A DNA stretch of 63,875 nucleotides, filler included, from Octopus bimaculoides (Eukaryota), in NCBI RefSeq assembly GCF_001194135.2. It is 7 parts of 6 records of this genome, joined end to end, with 100 filler letters (N's around TTAATTAATTAA, not from the genome) between each part and the next. Parts side by side here need not be neighbours in the genome. Positions count along the whole stretch, not along the records: positions 19,265 to 39,022 come from NC_069002.1; positions 39,123 to 45,853 come from NC_069000.1; positions 45,954 to 56,099 come from NC_069002.1; 4 more parts are not named here. One strand, given 5' to 3'. The notes beneath the pieces were generated by a model, which searched no databases, was not told the origin of the DNA, and saw only the letters and a list, made by a program, of their open reading frames with translations. The translations under genes and the position numbers were made by a program. Shown here in pieces: positions 36,486 through 49,444 of this stretch. Within the stretch, counting starts at the first letter, position 1; each line of letters begins with the position of its first letter.

Positions 36486-38015
36486 TGCAGGTCAATCATT
36501 CCTCAATAAAATCAAAACCCTTGTCCGATTTTCTTAAAATTCTTGCGAAATATGTAGAATTATGTATCCCATGTCTCGTGTACTTTTCATCTAAATCGGT
36601 GTACATTTAAAGCGGAAATGAAGGAAAACACGTTTATAGGGTGTTTCTTTTTTTTATGCAAGTTAACAAGATACTGCTATTTCTCATGTGATATGTGATT
36701 TTGAAATGTTTTTTCTTAATTTCAGATACAGGAATGAAGTAAAGATATAGCATCAAAGGAGAAGAAAAAAAATAGTGAAACTACTAGGAGAGGATACAAC
36801 AATTGTAATTTCTAAAACGCTAAATAGACATCACAAAACAATAAAAACACAGGTACAAAACATTGAGAGAGTAAGAAGAAGGAAGAAAATGGGTTTGAAG
36901 AACATCACAAATAGAGATAAGGGAAAACTCAAAAGAATTATGTGCAAGAAAAGTGGTTTAACCAACAAACAAATCTTTGAAGAATCAGAAATCTCTTACA
37001 AAGAAAGAACATTACACAACACTGAAAGATATCGGCAAAGTCATAACTTTCGCAAAATTGCTTCCTTTAAATAAAGTACACAAAGAAAAAAGTGTGGCGT
37101 GGGCAAAAAGATATATAAGGACAGACTTTGCAAATGTAACTTTTACTGACGAGTGCAGAGCAACATTAAATGAACCTGACGGATGGGCAAGCGGCTGGGT
37201 GTTGCATGGAAAAATGTCAACCAACACGATTAAGAAGACATCGGGATGGTGGAGGAATCATGTTTTGGTCTGGTATAGTTGGAGGAGACATTATAGGTCC
37301 ATTTGAGGTTGCTGGAAATTACTGCAAGTTTCAAAATGACAACTTCTTCCATTGGCACAAATCAACATCGCGAAGTCTCAAATTAAAGTGCATATTTATG
37401 CATGATAATGGCACTTCACACTCTGCCAAACTCACTATTAACCATTTGTTTAAGAAAGGTTTCAAAGAACATAAGATAATGGAATAACCGCCATCCAATC
37501 TCCAGATCTAAACCCAATAGAGAATTTGTGGTCAGTTATTAAAAAAGATATATATTCTAATGGTAAACAATATCCAAACAAGAATTTACTATGGGAAGCA
37601 ATAAAAACTGCTGCAAGTAATATTAAAACTGAGATTGTTGAGAAATTGACAAAATCAGTTGATGAGAGAATATCTGAAGTTACAGATGGTAAAGGATGCT
37701 ATATAAAGATGTAAAATATACACATAATTGTTTGTAAATATAATTATATGGTGGAAGATATACATATACATTAACGGTCTGGTTATGTATTGTTGTATAT
37801 GTAAATCACATTACATGTAGTTTATATGCAATGTTAATGTGCATAATAATAAGAAACACCCTATAAACGTGTTTTTCTTCATTTCCGCTTTCAATGTGCA
37901 CTGATTTAGAGTAAAAGTAAACGAGACATGGGATACATAATCCTACATATCCCGTAACGATTTCAAGAAAATCAGACAAGAGGTTTTGATTTTATTGAGG
38001 AATGACTGACCTGCA
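36486..38015 (+). mobile_element. Near-complete Tc1 (DD34E) transposon with TIRs of about 165 bp
   Basis: TIRs TGCAGGTCAATCATTCCTCAATAAAATCAAAACC / GGTTTTGATTTTATTGAGGAATGACTGACCTGCA. The frameshifted transposase 36775-37714 has FTDECRATLNEPDGW, GGGIMFWSGI, FMHDNGTSH and SPDLNPIENLWSVIKK. Confidence 0.95.
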
Positions 38016-38094
38016 GAACAACAGGAAACCTAGTGTATATATACGAGAGTATTATGAATGCATGAATATACGCATATTTTTATCGTGTGTGTGC

Positions 38095-38137
<43 letters not shown>

Positions 38138-38540
38138 AGCACGCAAACACACACAAATACACGCAATATATAGACCCATGATGCAGAGATTATATATGCA
38201 TACCCTCGCTGTCCTCCTTTTCTATACACATAAACATGTACGGTCTGATATTATATTTCACTGTCTCTGATCACTGATATTATATTGTATTTGTTATATT
38301 TGTGTTGTTGTATGTCAGCAAATATAGAGATATGTTGTTGCAGCTGCGGCTATTGGAAAATTGGTATTTTTGAATACTATAAAGAAAATACATACACACA
38401 CACACATACACACACAAATACACACACACACACATACACACACACATACACACATACACACACATACACACACATATATATAAAATATATTTAATCCGAA
38501 TAATAAGAAGACAAAGAAAATTTTACGCATATATATATAT

Positions 38541-39002
38541 AGGCGCAGGAGTGGCTGTGTAGTTAGTAGCTTACCAACCACATGGTTCCGGGTTCAGTCT
38601 CACTGCGTGGCAACTTGGGCAAGTGTCTTCTAATATAGCCTCAGGCCAACCAAAGCCTTGTGAGTGGATTTGGTAGACGGAAATTGAAAGAAGCCTGTCG
38701 TATATATATATGTGTGTGTNNNNNNNNNNGTCGTATATATATATGTGTGTGTGGGTGTGTGTGTCTGTCTGTCTGTCTGTCTGTGTCTGTGTACGTTTGT
38801 GTGTCTGTGCTTGTCCCCTCAACATCGCCTGACAACCGATGTTGGTGTGTTCACGTCCCCGTAACTTAGCAACTCGGCGAAAGAGTACTGATAGAATTAG
38901 TACCAGGCTTACAAAGAATAAGTCCTAGGGTCGATTTGCTCGACAAAAGGCGGTGCTTGCTCCAGCATAACCGCAATCAAGAGACTGAAACGAGTAAAAG
39001 AA
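38541..39002 (+). mobile_element. SINE family A, full length
   Basis: aggcgcaggagtggctgtgtag...ggttcagtctc...gggcaagtgtcttc...central microsatellite...gactgaaacgagtaaaag. Confidence 0.92.
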
Positions 39003-39122
39003 TATATATATATATATATATANNNNNNNNNNNNNNNNNNNNNNNNNNNNNNNNNNNNNNNNNNNNTTAATTAATTAANNNNNNNNNNNNNNNNNNNNNN
39101 NNNNNNNNNNNNNNNNNNNNNN

Positions 39123-39362
39123 TATTTATATTTATATATTTATATATTTGATCCTTTATATTGAACACTCAATATTTCATCTACATTCAATACTTTCTTT
39201 CATGGTGCCATCCATTTTTATTTTATTTTATTTTATATTGTATATCGTATATTATATTATATATTGTATATTCCATATTCTATACCCCACATTAGTTCTG
39301 CAGGAATATAAATAAAACATAAAAAACAGACAGTGTTGGAACTCTTTTAAACAAAATAATAT
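39123..39362. repeat. Left arm of a long inverted repeat
   Basis: Reverse complement of 42726-42939 apart from a roughly 25-nt indel and a few substitutions. Confidence 0.9.
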
Positions 39363-39414
39363 ATATATATATATATATATACATACATACATATATATAC
39401 ATATATATACATAG

Positions 39415-39745
39415 CGTAATCATGGTTGTGTGGTTATGAAACTCAGGTTGTAGTTCTGCAGCGATATGGTTTTGAGTTCAGTCTCAATACGCGGCAACTT
39501 CCCCAAGTCTCTTCTATTACATCCGTGTACCGACGAATGCATTCTGATTTAATTCTTTTAACAGAAACTGTAAGGAAGCCTAGGCTTTGTGTTTGTCCCC
39601 TCCAACACCACTTGACAACAAATGCTGGTTTGTTTATGTCCACAAAATTGTTTGTTCGGCAAAGGAGGCCTATAAATTAAGTAGCAGACTGAACAATATG
39701 TACTGGGGTCGATTTGTCCGACTAAAACCCTTCAATGCGGTGCCT
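39415..39745 (+). mobile_element. Old SINE family A copy
   Basis: catggttgtgtggtta...gagttcagtctc...gtttgtcccctccaacaccacttgacaac...tactggggtcgatttgtccgactaaaacccttcaatgcggtgc. Confidence 0.78.
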
Positions 39746-40789
39746 CTTCAACGGCGCAATTTAATGGNNNNNNNNNNNNNNNNNNNNNNNNNNNNNNNNN
39801 NNNNNNNNNNNNNNNNNNNNNNNNNNNNNNNNNNNNNNNNNNNNNNNNNNNNNNNNNNNNNNNNNNNNNNNNNNNNNNNNNNNNNNNNNNNNNNNNNNNN
39901 NNNNNNNNNNNNNNNNNNNNNNNNNNNNNNNNNNNNNNNNNNNNNNNNNNNNNNNNNNNNNNNNNNNNNNNNNNNNNNNNNNNNNNNNNNNNNNNNNNNN
40001 NNNNNNNNNNNNNNNNNNNNNNNNNNNNNNNNNNNNNNNNNNNNNNNNNNNNNNNNNNNNNNNNNNNNNNNNNNNNNNNNNNNNNNNNNNNNNNNNNNNN
40101 NNNNNNNNNNNNNNNNNNNNNNNNNNNNNNNNNNNNNNNNNNNNNNNNNNNNNNNNNNNNNNNNNNNNNNNNNNNNNNNNNNNNNNNNNNNNNNNNNNNN
40201 NNNNNNNNNNNNNNNNNNNNNNNNNNNNNNNNNNNNNGTGTGTGTGTGTGTGTGTATGTGTGTGTGTGTGTGTGTTCGTGTTCGTGTGTGTGTTCGTGTG
40301 TGTTTGTGTGTATAGAAATGCATGTTTGTATGCACGTATACACATCTGCTCGACTGCTCCAATTCGATTTCGAGCAACGCCATTGCTTAATTGTTACCTT
40401 GAACATGAGCAGCATGGACGTGGTTTTCCAATCCTCCTTGGAACTTACATTATGTGTGCAGAGACGTGGCAACGATTGGCCTCTCTACCCACGGCAGTTG
40501 ATTACATCATGGGGCTTTTCATTGAATGCTTTGCCATTTTCGGCTACAGACTGACATAGTAAGCAACCATTATAGCAATACTGAAAATCAAGTTATGTAT
40601 TTGCTTGAAGCGTTTTAAAGTGGGGAAAGGCTTTACGCAGGGCCTATCCCCCTCTCGGAACAACACATGCATTTGCTCAAAAAGAACTAGTCTACATTAT
40701 TCATCGTCGTCGTCAGCATTAACTCGTATCCGAGTGATTAATCTGCAGCGAGTGGTTGAGCCTCTTCATCTTGCCTTCCAGTTTAACTC

Positions 40790-41065
40790 CTCTCTCATGC
40801 TCAAAAGCCAACATGAGGTTTTTCAAGCTGCTTCTCCCATCCTGCGCACAGCCAAATATCGCCCCTTTTCTCTCACTCCAATGGCTGTATGCACCCTCCA
40901 ATCCGACAGGGCAAAGTCATACCTACCATTTTTTCGCCCTGCAATCCTACAGAAGGCGCTCATATTTGACACGCTTCAATTCGTGGGCCTCATAAGACCC
41001 TTCTTCCCACAGGACTCTGAGCTCCGTCAACATAATTTTCTTGGACTTTTCAGCCAACAGAACAA
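40790..41065 (-). mobile_element. HERO-like (RLE) non-LTR retrotransposon C-terminus
   Basis: KKIMLTELRVLWEEGSYEAHELKRVKYERLL.DCRAKKW...CPV...AIF...LKNLML, matching the LLELTVPWEE...EA.ERK..KY pattern of Hero-clade endonucleases. Confidence 0.72.
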
Positions 41066-42725
41066 CCGTGTGTGTGTGTGTGTGTTTGTGTGTGTGTGGT
41101 ATCNNNNNNNNNNNNNNNNNNNNNNNNNNNNGGGGGGGGGGTTGTATGTTTTTGTGTGACTTTGCACACACACATTCACACACACACAGAGAAAAACACA
41201 CATATTTATTTCCAGTGGAAGATGGTGTAAGGTTGAATAGATTTTTAAAAAGTATATTAGAAATGCAGAAACGTATAGACTGAGGGATGAATTATGGTTA
41301 TGAAAGCGCCCGTTCGTATGTCGACACAGAAATGGTAAGAATAGAAATTTGAAATTCGATACAAGTGAAGCAGAAACAATACTATCGTTATTGAACTTTA
41401 ATTTCAACAAACAATAAATATTTGGAGAAATCAGGAGAGTTAGTCATTAATATTGATATCTGTATACATTAATTTGCATACATGCATACATGTATACACA
41501 CACACACATACACACACACACATATACACACACACATATACATATATGTATTATTTATTCATACATACATAGATGGATATACATGAATACATACATATGC
41601 ATAAGAATGTGTGTATGTGTGTGCGTGTGTATTTATGTATATATATATATATATATATNNNNNNNNNNNNNNNNNNNNNNNNNNNNNNNNNNNNNNNNNN
41701 NNNNNNNNNNNNNNNNNNNNNNNNNNNNNNNNNNNNNNNNNNNNNNNNNNNNNNNNNNNNNNNNNNNNNNNNNNNNNNNNNNNNNNNNNNNNNNNNNNNN
41801 NNNNNNNNNNNNNNNNNNNNNNNNNNNNNNNNNNNNNNNNNNNNNNNNNNNNNNNNNNNNNNNNNNNNNNNNNNNNNNNNNNNNNNNNNNNNNNNNNNNN
41901 NNNNNNNNNNNNNNNNNNNNNNNNNNNNNNNNNNNNNNNNNNNNNNNNNNNNNNNNNNNNNNNNNNNNNNNNNNNNNNNNNNNNNNNNNNNNNNNNNNNN
42001 NNNNNNNNNNNNNNNNNNNNNNNNNNNNNNNNNNNNNNNNNNNNNNNNNNNNNNNNNNNNNNNNNNNNNNNNNNNNNNNNNNNNNNNNNNNNNNNNNNNN
42101 NNNNNNNNNNNNNNNNNNNNNNNNNNNNNNNNNNNNNNNNNNNNNNNNNNNNNNNNNNNNNNNNNNNNNNNNNNNNNNNNNNNNNNNNNNNNNNNNNNNN
42201 NNNNNNNNNNNNNNNNNNNNNNNNNNNNNNNNNNNNNNNNNNNNNNNNNNNNNNNNNNNNNNNNNNNNNNNNNNNNNNNNNNNNNNNNNNNNNNNNNNNN
42301 NNNNNNNNNNNNNNNNNNNNNNNNNNNNNNNNNNNNNNNNNNNNNNNNNNNNNNNNNNNNNNNNNNNNNNNNNNNNNNNNNNNNNNNNNNNNNNNNNNNN
42401 NNNNNNNNNNNNNNNNNNNNNNNNNNNNNNNNNNNNNNNNNNNNNNNNNNNNNNNNNNNNNNNNNNNNNNNNNNNNNNNNNNNNNNNNNNNNNNNNNNNN
42501 NNNNNNNNNNNNNNNNNNNNNNNNNNNNNNNNNNNNNNNNNNNNNNNNNNNNNNNNNNNNNNNNNNNNNNNNNNNNNNNNNNNNNNNNNNNNNNNNNNNN
42601 NNNNNNNNNNNNNNNNNNNNNNNNNNNNNNNNNNNNNNNNNNNNNNNNNNNNNNNNNNATATATATATGCGAGTAAAAATAAATACAAGAAAGGGGGTTT
42701 TTTTGTATGATTGTGTATACAGGAA

Positions 42726-42939
42726 TATATTATTTTGTTGAAAAGAGTTCCAACACTGTCTGTTTTTTATGTTTTATTTATATTCCTGCAGAATATACAA
42801 TATATAATATAATATACAATATATAATATAAAATAAAATAAAATAAAAATGGATGGCACCATGAAATAAAGTATTGAATGTAGATGAAATATTGAGTGTT
42901 CAATATAAAGGATCAAATATATAAATATAAGTATATAAA
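42726..42939. repeat. Right arm of the long inverted repeat
   Basis: See 39123-39362. Confidence 0.9.
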
Positions 42940-42992
42940 GGCGACTCGAGTTTCAAGGCTATTTCCCTTCGTCATAAATATATATATATTAC

Positions 42993-43160
42993 AGGTGCAG
43001 GCGTTTATTCTGTGGTAACAAGTTTGCTTCCCAATCACATAGTCCCAGAGTGTGTCTCACTGCGTTACACTTTGGGCAAGTGTCTTCTAAGATAGCCTCG
43101 AGTTGATCACACCCTTCTGAGTTGATTTGGTAACGGAAGGAAACTGGGAGAAACCCGTCC
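42993..43160 (+). mobile_element. SINE family A, 5' half (interrupted by RTE)
   Basis: aggtgcaggcg...ctgtggtaa...tttgggcaagtgtcttctaagatagcc...gaaacccgtc, ending at the central microsatellite. Confidence 0.8.
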
Positions 43161-43229
43161 TATATCTATCTATCTATTTGTTTACCTTTTTATCTCTACA
43201 TTCACTTATGGATCAGATTATATATATAT

Positions 43230-44644
43230 GGGAATGTCTTTGCCCGCGTGGCCCTAAATAAGCTACAGAAAATCACTGAAAGGGTATACTCCGAATCCCA
43301 GTGTGGTTCCAGAGCAAAAAGCTTCACCATCGACATGATCTTCTCTCTCCGAAAGCTTCAGGAAAAGTGCTCAGAGTAAAGACCACCACTTTTTATCAGC
43401 TTCATCGACCTCACAAGTCTGGCTGTTCTCCAAGACTACTCAGGATTTATCAATCATATCACACGGACATGAAGGGTGTCGTTCAGTTTGATGGTTCTTT
43501 TTCAATGGCATTCAACATACGTAGCGGCGTGAAACAAATCCATGTGCTTGCCCCCCAACCTATTTGGCATCATTTTTGCAGTCATGCTGAAACATGCATT
43601 TGGGACATCAGATCAAGCAGTAAACTATTTAGTCTGTCGAAGCTGAAGGCAAAATTCAAAGTGCGTCAGGTACACGTCAGAGAAATACTGTTCGCAGACG
43701 ATGCAGTACTGACAGCGCACGCTGAAGAACAAATGCAGCACCTCATGGACAAACTTTCTGTCAGGAATTCAGCCTGACTATTAGTCTGAAGAAGGCCAAA
43801 GTGGGTCAAAGTGTGAACCCACCCCCATCACCAACAACAACTACAAGCTGGAGGTAGTCCATCAATTCACCTATCTCGGCTCTACAATCGCTGATGACCT
43901 CTGCCTGGACAATGAGATCAACAGGTGAATCGGACAAGCATCCACCACATTTGCCAGACTCACAAAAAGAGATTGGAAAACAAAAAAACTGACTGCAAAC
44001 ACTAAAATTGCTGTATATAAGGCGTGCGTCATTAGTATGCTATTTTACGGCAGTGAGACGTGGAGCCTCTACTCTAGACAGGAGCGTCTTTCACTTTCGT
44101 AATTTGAAACGCATCTTGGATATCAAGTGGCCCGACCATATCACCAACACCGAAGCCCTCAGCCGAGCCAAGACACCCAGCATACTCATCTTGCTCTTGC
44201 AGCGTCGTTTGCGCTGGGTCAGCCATGTTGATCGCATGTCAGAGGGAAGGATCCCAAAAGACCTCTTCTATGGAGAATTGGCCACTGGTACAAGAGCACG
44301 AGGACGACCTCATCTTCGTTTCAGAGACGTCCATAACACAGATATAAAGTCGCTTGATCAGGGCGTCCTGAGATGGGAGGAGGTCGCAAACGATCGCCTA
44401 CACTGGAAGCAAATACTGCGAAAGGGAATGAAGAGAGTGAAAGAAAAACAGGAAATCACAACCAAAGAAAATCGCACTCGACAGAAGGAAAAACCAGTAA
44501 CACTGGCAAATGCAGTCGCTGTTTGCGTGATTGCCGCTCCCGTGTTGGCTTGTACAATCACAACAGACGCTGCACCACCATCAACAGCTGACACGATTTC
44601 CCTGGGCGCAAATCCATGGCCTCTTGACGCCGACGGATGCCTAC
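43230..44644 (+). mobile_element. RTE (BovB-like) LINE, 5'-truncated: RT through 3' end
   Basis: ESQCG, TIDMIFSLRKLQEKC, SGVKQ.HVLAP, ILFADDA, FTYLGSTI, LFYGSETW, LRWVSHVDRMSEGRIPKDLFYGELATG.R.RGRP, terminal CLRDCRSRVGLYNHNRRC and tail cctcttgacgccgacggatgcctac. Confidence 0.95.
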
Positions 44645-44672
44645 TATATATATATATATATATACCAGATAC

Positions 44673-44740
<68 letters not shown>

Positions 44741-44767
44741 ACAGACAGATAATTGTGCGTGTGTGTG

Positions 44768-44937
44768 TTTATCTCCCACCACCGCTTGACAATTGGTGTA
44801 GGTGAGTTTACATCCCCCCGTAACATAGCGGTTCAGCAAATGGAACCGGTGGGCTTTAAGAATATGTGATGGAGTCGATACAATTCTTCAAGGCGGTACA
44901 CTGGCATGCCCACAGTTAATGACTGAAGCCAACAAAA
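44768..44937 (+). mobile_element. SINE family A, 3' half
   Basis: ctcccaccaccgcttgacaa...cccccgtaacatagcggttcagcaaa...cttcaaggcggt...aatgactgaa. Confidence 0.78.
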
Positions 44938-45953
44938 TATATACACATATATACATGTGTGTGTGTGTGTCTGTGTGTGTGCTTGTATGCATGTATGCAT
45001 GTATGTATATATGTATGCATGTATGTACGTATGTATGTATGCATGCATGTATGTATGTATGTGTATGAATGCGTGTATCATCCTTTTTAAAACTGAATTT
45101 TGAAGTGCATTAAGTTACAAATAAATAGTGTGTAAATATTGGGTTAGAACGCCTGTCATATCTACAGATGTGGGTTCGATTTCCAGAATCCGCTTTCCTT
45201 TTTCTATCCAAAAGTGTTTATAATGACACGGATTACAGTCGGTCGCTTATGACTCATCTCAATGGTTGTTGTAGTAATATTTCTGCTGATACTATTGTGA
45301 CTCAACTGGAGGAGATTGTAATAACATCCATTACATCTTTTTGCTTTCAATATTATTAACAATTCATAATCATTTTGTATAGTTTGAATCATAACCCGGA
45401 CACAGTTTTGTTGTTCCTTTGTATTGGAAGTACGTTATCTGACACATGCGCAGTTTCTTTCAGCATTATTTTCCGTATATTGTTTATATTTCTGGATGTG
45501 TATTTGTATTATTTAAAACAGCTTGATTCAGTTCCCTGCGTCTTCAATTTTCGCAGAGCCCTAACAAGAGCCCGTCTTTTTCAGGCTTTGTATTGCCGAA
45601 TAGAGAGATACATAAGGTTCAAGATGGCTACCAAAAGATAGGCGGCTATTGGTCAGGGCAGGTCACATGATGTTGTCAAAGAATTTTGTCACTTAGCGTG
45701 AGCAGTTCTGTCAGGAAGGGGATTTTCTGGCTGGACAAGAAGCTGGGGGCTTGTATGTTTCTGGATATGGTAGCAGTAACTCCTGCAAAATTTGCTGTGC
45801 ACTTATCTTTCGTTTGTCCACTCACTTGTATGTATGTGTGCACTATATATATANNNNNNNNNNNNNNNNNNNNNNNNNNNNNNNNNNNNNNNNNNNNTTA
45901 ATTAATTAANNNNNNNNNNNNNNNNNNNNNNNNNNNNNNNNNNNNNNNNNNNN

Positions 45954-45985
<32 letters not shown>

Positions 45986-46368
45986 ATGTATGTATGTATG
46001 TATGTATATACATACATACACTTCACATGTTGCTCCAGATCTAGTTAGAGATATTGGCCTAAAAAAACTATATTTCATCTTTATTGATATATTATTCCAT
46101 TGTTATGTGAGCTTAATGCAGTAATTTTCATCACACGCGCGCATAAATGCACCTTACACTTTAACACGCACGCACACACACACACACACTCACATATCCA
46201 TCCACATACACATCAATGTATAACTACATACATGCAAGCAGACATACCCACACATACAGAAGAGAAGTCTATTATTTACACGCATATGCATGTATATATA
46301 CACATACACATACACCTAATATGTAAACACATACACACAAACATATGCTTATATATATATATATTCAC

Positions 46369-46433
<65 letters not shown>

Positions 46434-47496
46434 NNNNNNNNNNNNNNNNNNNNNNNNNNNNNNNNNNNNNNNNNNNNNNNNNNNNNNNNNNNNNNNNNNN
46501 NNNNNNNNNNNNNNNNNNNNNNNNNNNNNNNNNNNNNNNNNNNNNNNNNNNNNNNNNNNNNNNNNNNNNNNNNNNNNNNNNNNNNNNNNNNNNNNNNNNN
46601 NNNNNNNNNNNNNNNNNNNNNNNNNNNNNNNNNNNNNNNNNNNNNNNNNNNNNNNNNNNNNNNNNNNNNNNNNNNNNNNNNNNNNNNNNNNNNNNNNNNN
46701 NNNNNNNNNNNNNNNNNNNNNNNNNNNNNNNNNNNNNNNNNNNNNNNNNNNNNNNNNNNNNNNNNNNNNNNNNNNNNNNNNNNNNNNNNNNNNNNNNNNN
46801 NNNNNNNNNNNNNNNNNNNNNNNNNNNNNNNNNNNNNNNNNNNNNNNNNNNNNNNNNNNNNNNNNNNNNNNNNNNNNNNNNNNNNNNNNNNNNNNNNNNN
46901 NNNNNNNNNNNNNNNNNNNNNNNNNNNNNNNNNNNNNNNNNNNNNNNNNNNNNNNNNNNNNNNNNNNNNNNNNNNNNNNNNNNNNNNNNNNNNNNNNNNN
47001 NNNNNNNNNNNNNNNNNNNNNNNNNNNNNNNNNNNNNNNNNNNNNNNNNNNNNNNNNNNNNNNNNNNNNNNNNNNNNNNNNNNNNNNNNNNNNNNNNNNN
47101 NNNNNNNNNNNNNNNNNNNNNNNNNNNNNNNNNNNNNNNNNNNNNNNNNNNNNNNNNNNNNNNNNNNNNNNNNNNNNNNNNNNNNNNNNNNNNNNNNNNN
47201 NNNNNNNNNNNNNNNNNNNNNNNNNNNNNNNNNNNNNNNNNNNNNNNNNNNNNNNNNNNNNNNNNNNNNNNNNNNNNNNNNNNNNNNNNNNNNNNNNNNN
47301 NNNNNNNNNNNNNNNNNNNNNNNNNNNNNNNNNNNNNNNNNNNNNNNNNNNNNNNNNNNNNNNNNNNNNNNNNNNNNNNNNNNNNNNNNNNNNNNNNNNN
47401 NNNNNNNNNNNNNNNNNNNNNNNNNNNNNGAAATACCGCTAAGCATTTCGCCCGACGTGCTAACGTTTCTGCCAGCTCGCCGCCTTGTTTATATAC

Positions 47497-47528
<32 letters not shown>

Positions 47529-47564
47529 GTGTGTGTGTGTGTGTGTGCGTGTATGTTGACTATG

Positions 47565-47885
47565 GCATGTCCTGACTCTCCGTTGGTTACGATGGCGAGT
47601 GTTCCAGTTGATCCATTCAACGGAACAGCCTGTTCGTGAAATTAGCGTTCAAATAGCTGAGCACACCACAGACATGTGTACCCTTGAGGTAGACATCAAG
47701 GAGATTGAGACTAAAACAGTATCTGACAAAGTTGTTGAATTACAGCTATAATTCATTTTTGCCAACTGAATATAATGGGGCAATGCGAAATAAAGGGTTT
47801 TGCTCAGGTACATAACGCACCCTCTGGAATCGAACTCGTGATCTTACGATCATGAACAGAGTACCATAACCATGAAGCCACGCAT
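47565..47885 (-). mobile_element. SINE family C (tRNA-like head)
   Basis: Minus-strand head gcgtggcttcatggtta...gagttcgattcc, then ttatgtacctgagcaa..., and tail matching gttccagttgatcc...aacggaacagcctg on the plus strand. Confidence 0.78.
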
Positions 47886-47948
47886 ATTCACTTTTGTGAC
47901 ATATACGTATATATNNNNNNNNNNNNNNNNNNNNNNNNNNNNNNNNNN

Positions 47949-48003
<55 letters not shown>

Positions 48004-48045
48004 TGCATATGAATCCATATGTATGTTTGTTCTCACTCGAAGTGG

Positions 48046-48083
<38 letters not shown>

Positions 48084-48949
48084 TTGTGTATAGGTTTAAC
48101 TATAAATGTATGCATCCATACATGCATATGAATATGTTCTGTGAAGAATGTGTATGCATCTGTGTTCGTGTGTATGTGTTTGTGTGTGAGTGTTTGCGCG
48201 CGCATGTGTGTGTGTGTGTTCGTTGATGAAGTGGCAGACTTCTATCTCTTGAAGCAATCTCATTTATTTACCTTCTTAATCCAACTAGTTGATTAATTAA
48301 TTAATCCGTTAATTAATTAACTACCAAACTTAGTAATTAATCAATCATGCCTTGTGATTAATATAACTTCGGTGTTGTATAGCAGTGAATTGGAAAACAA
48401 AATATCATCAGATAATATATTCCTATTTACGTATCATTAGATTTAGCGTTCGAATTAACCCCCGGTCTACTTTCCCGTCATCCATCCACGTATTTTCTTT
48501 TCTTGCTATTGTTGTGGAGCCCCTGGTCAGCTCTAATCACCAAACTCACAGTAAGTAGGTAGATGCCAAAATGACCAGATGCAACGATCCATCAAGGAAT
48601 GAGACGAGAGGGTGCAGCCCTTTGAGCGCTGTTGATTTGACATGGCGGACTGGATGTTCAACCTGTTTTGGCGACACTATTTTTGGCACCGGAGCAAAAC
48701 ACATACGTGTGCACGCAGAAATATAAAAATGGTAAAGACCCTCCCGTCGGTTATGAATGACCAACTCGGTTGTAAAGAGGACGAAACAGTGTCACCCACC
48801 GACTGGATCTTCTTTGGCCGTTTTAAATGTAGCCGCCACCAAACTTCTAGGTACTTATTCACCAGCTAGAAACAACACCCGAATTTTTTTTATATCATAC
48901 ACAAGTCTAAAAAGGCGGACACATTGTCCCTGGTTCCAAACCGCTTAAG

Positions 48950-49420
48950 AAGAAAGAGACGTATAGTAACGGCTGTAAGTTTACTGATGAAGGCTTAATA
49001 TGCAAGTGAAACGTGGTCGAAGAGGAGTAAAGCATCGATTGGCTATGATGCAAAGGGCCATGGAAAGATCCATGCTAGAAATATCATTGCGGGAGTATAG
49101 CGAAATTATGAAATTCGAGAATGGAGCGAAGCGAATGACGTGGTGAAAGAACACCGGAAGCACAAATTTCGATGGGCCGGACATGTTGGAATGTTAACTG
49201 ACAATAAATGGACTTGCGCAGTCGCCGAGTGGCGTTGAAGATATCGGGAAGGGCCATTTGAAAGGCGTCCACGACGATGGGGAAACGATTTAGCCTAATG
49301 ATGTGGAGCAAGATGGAAAACAATGGTTTAGTCAAGAAAGAATTGGAAGTGCACTGTGGCAAGTAGTACCGAACAACATCCTATCGTCTAGTCGATACAG
49401 TGATACCGTAATATATATAT
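48950..49420 (+). mobile_element. RTE LINE 3' fragment (RTE-1-like)
   Basis: YASETW, QRAMERSML, EIREWS...DVVKEHRKHKFRWAGHVG..TDNKWT..V.EW, RPRRW.NDL and ARWKTM..RKNWK. Confidence 0.85.
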
Positions 49421-49444
49421 GTATTCATGTAAATATCTATTCAT

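Noticed and set aside
41490-42741. Long ORFs in the track (e.g. 41490-42710, 46100-47575, 57316-58569, 60034-61041)
   Set aside because: They run through N gaps and TA/CA microsatellites. The YI, HT and CV repeats are translation artefacts.
48980-49022. CTGATGA...GAAAC.GTC hammerhead-like string
   Set aside because: It lies within the RTE coding frame (YASETW), and stems I and II do not pair properly, so it is coincidental.
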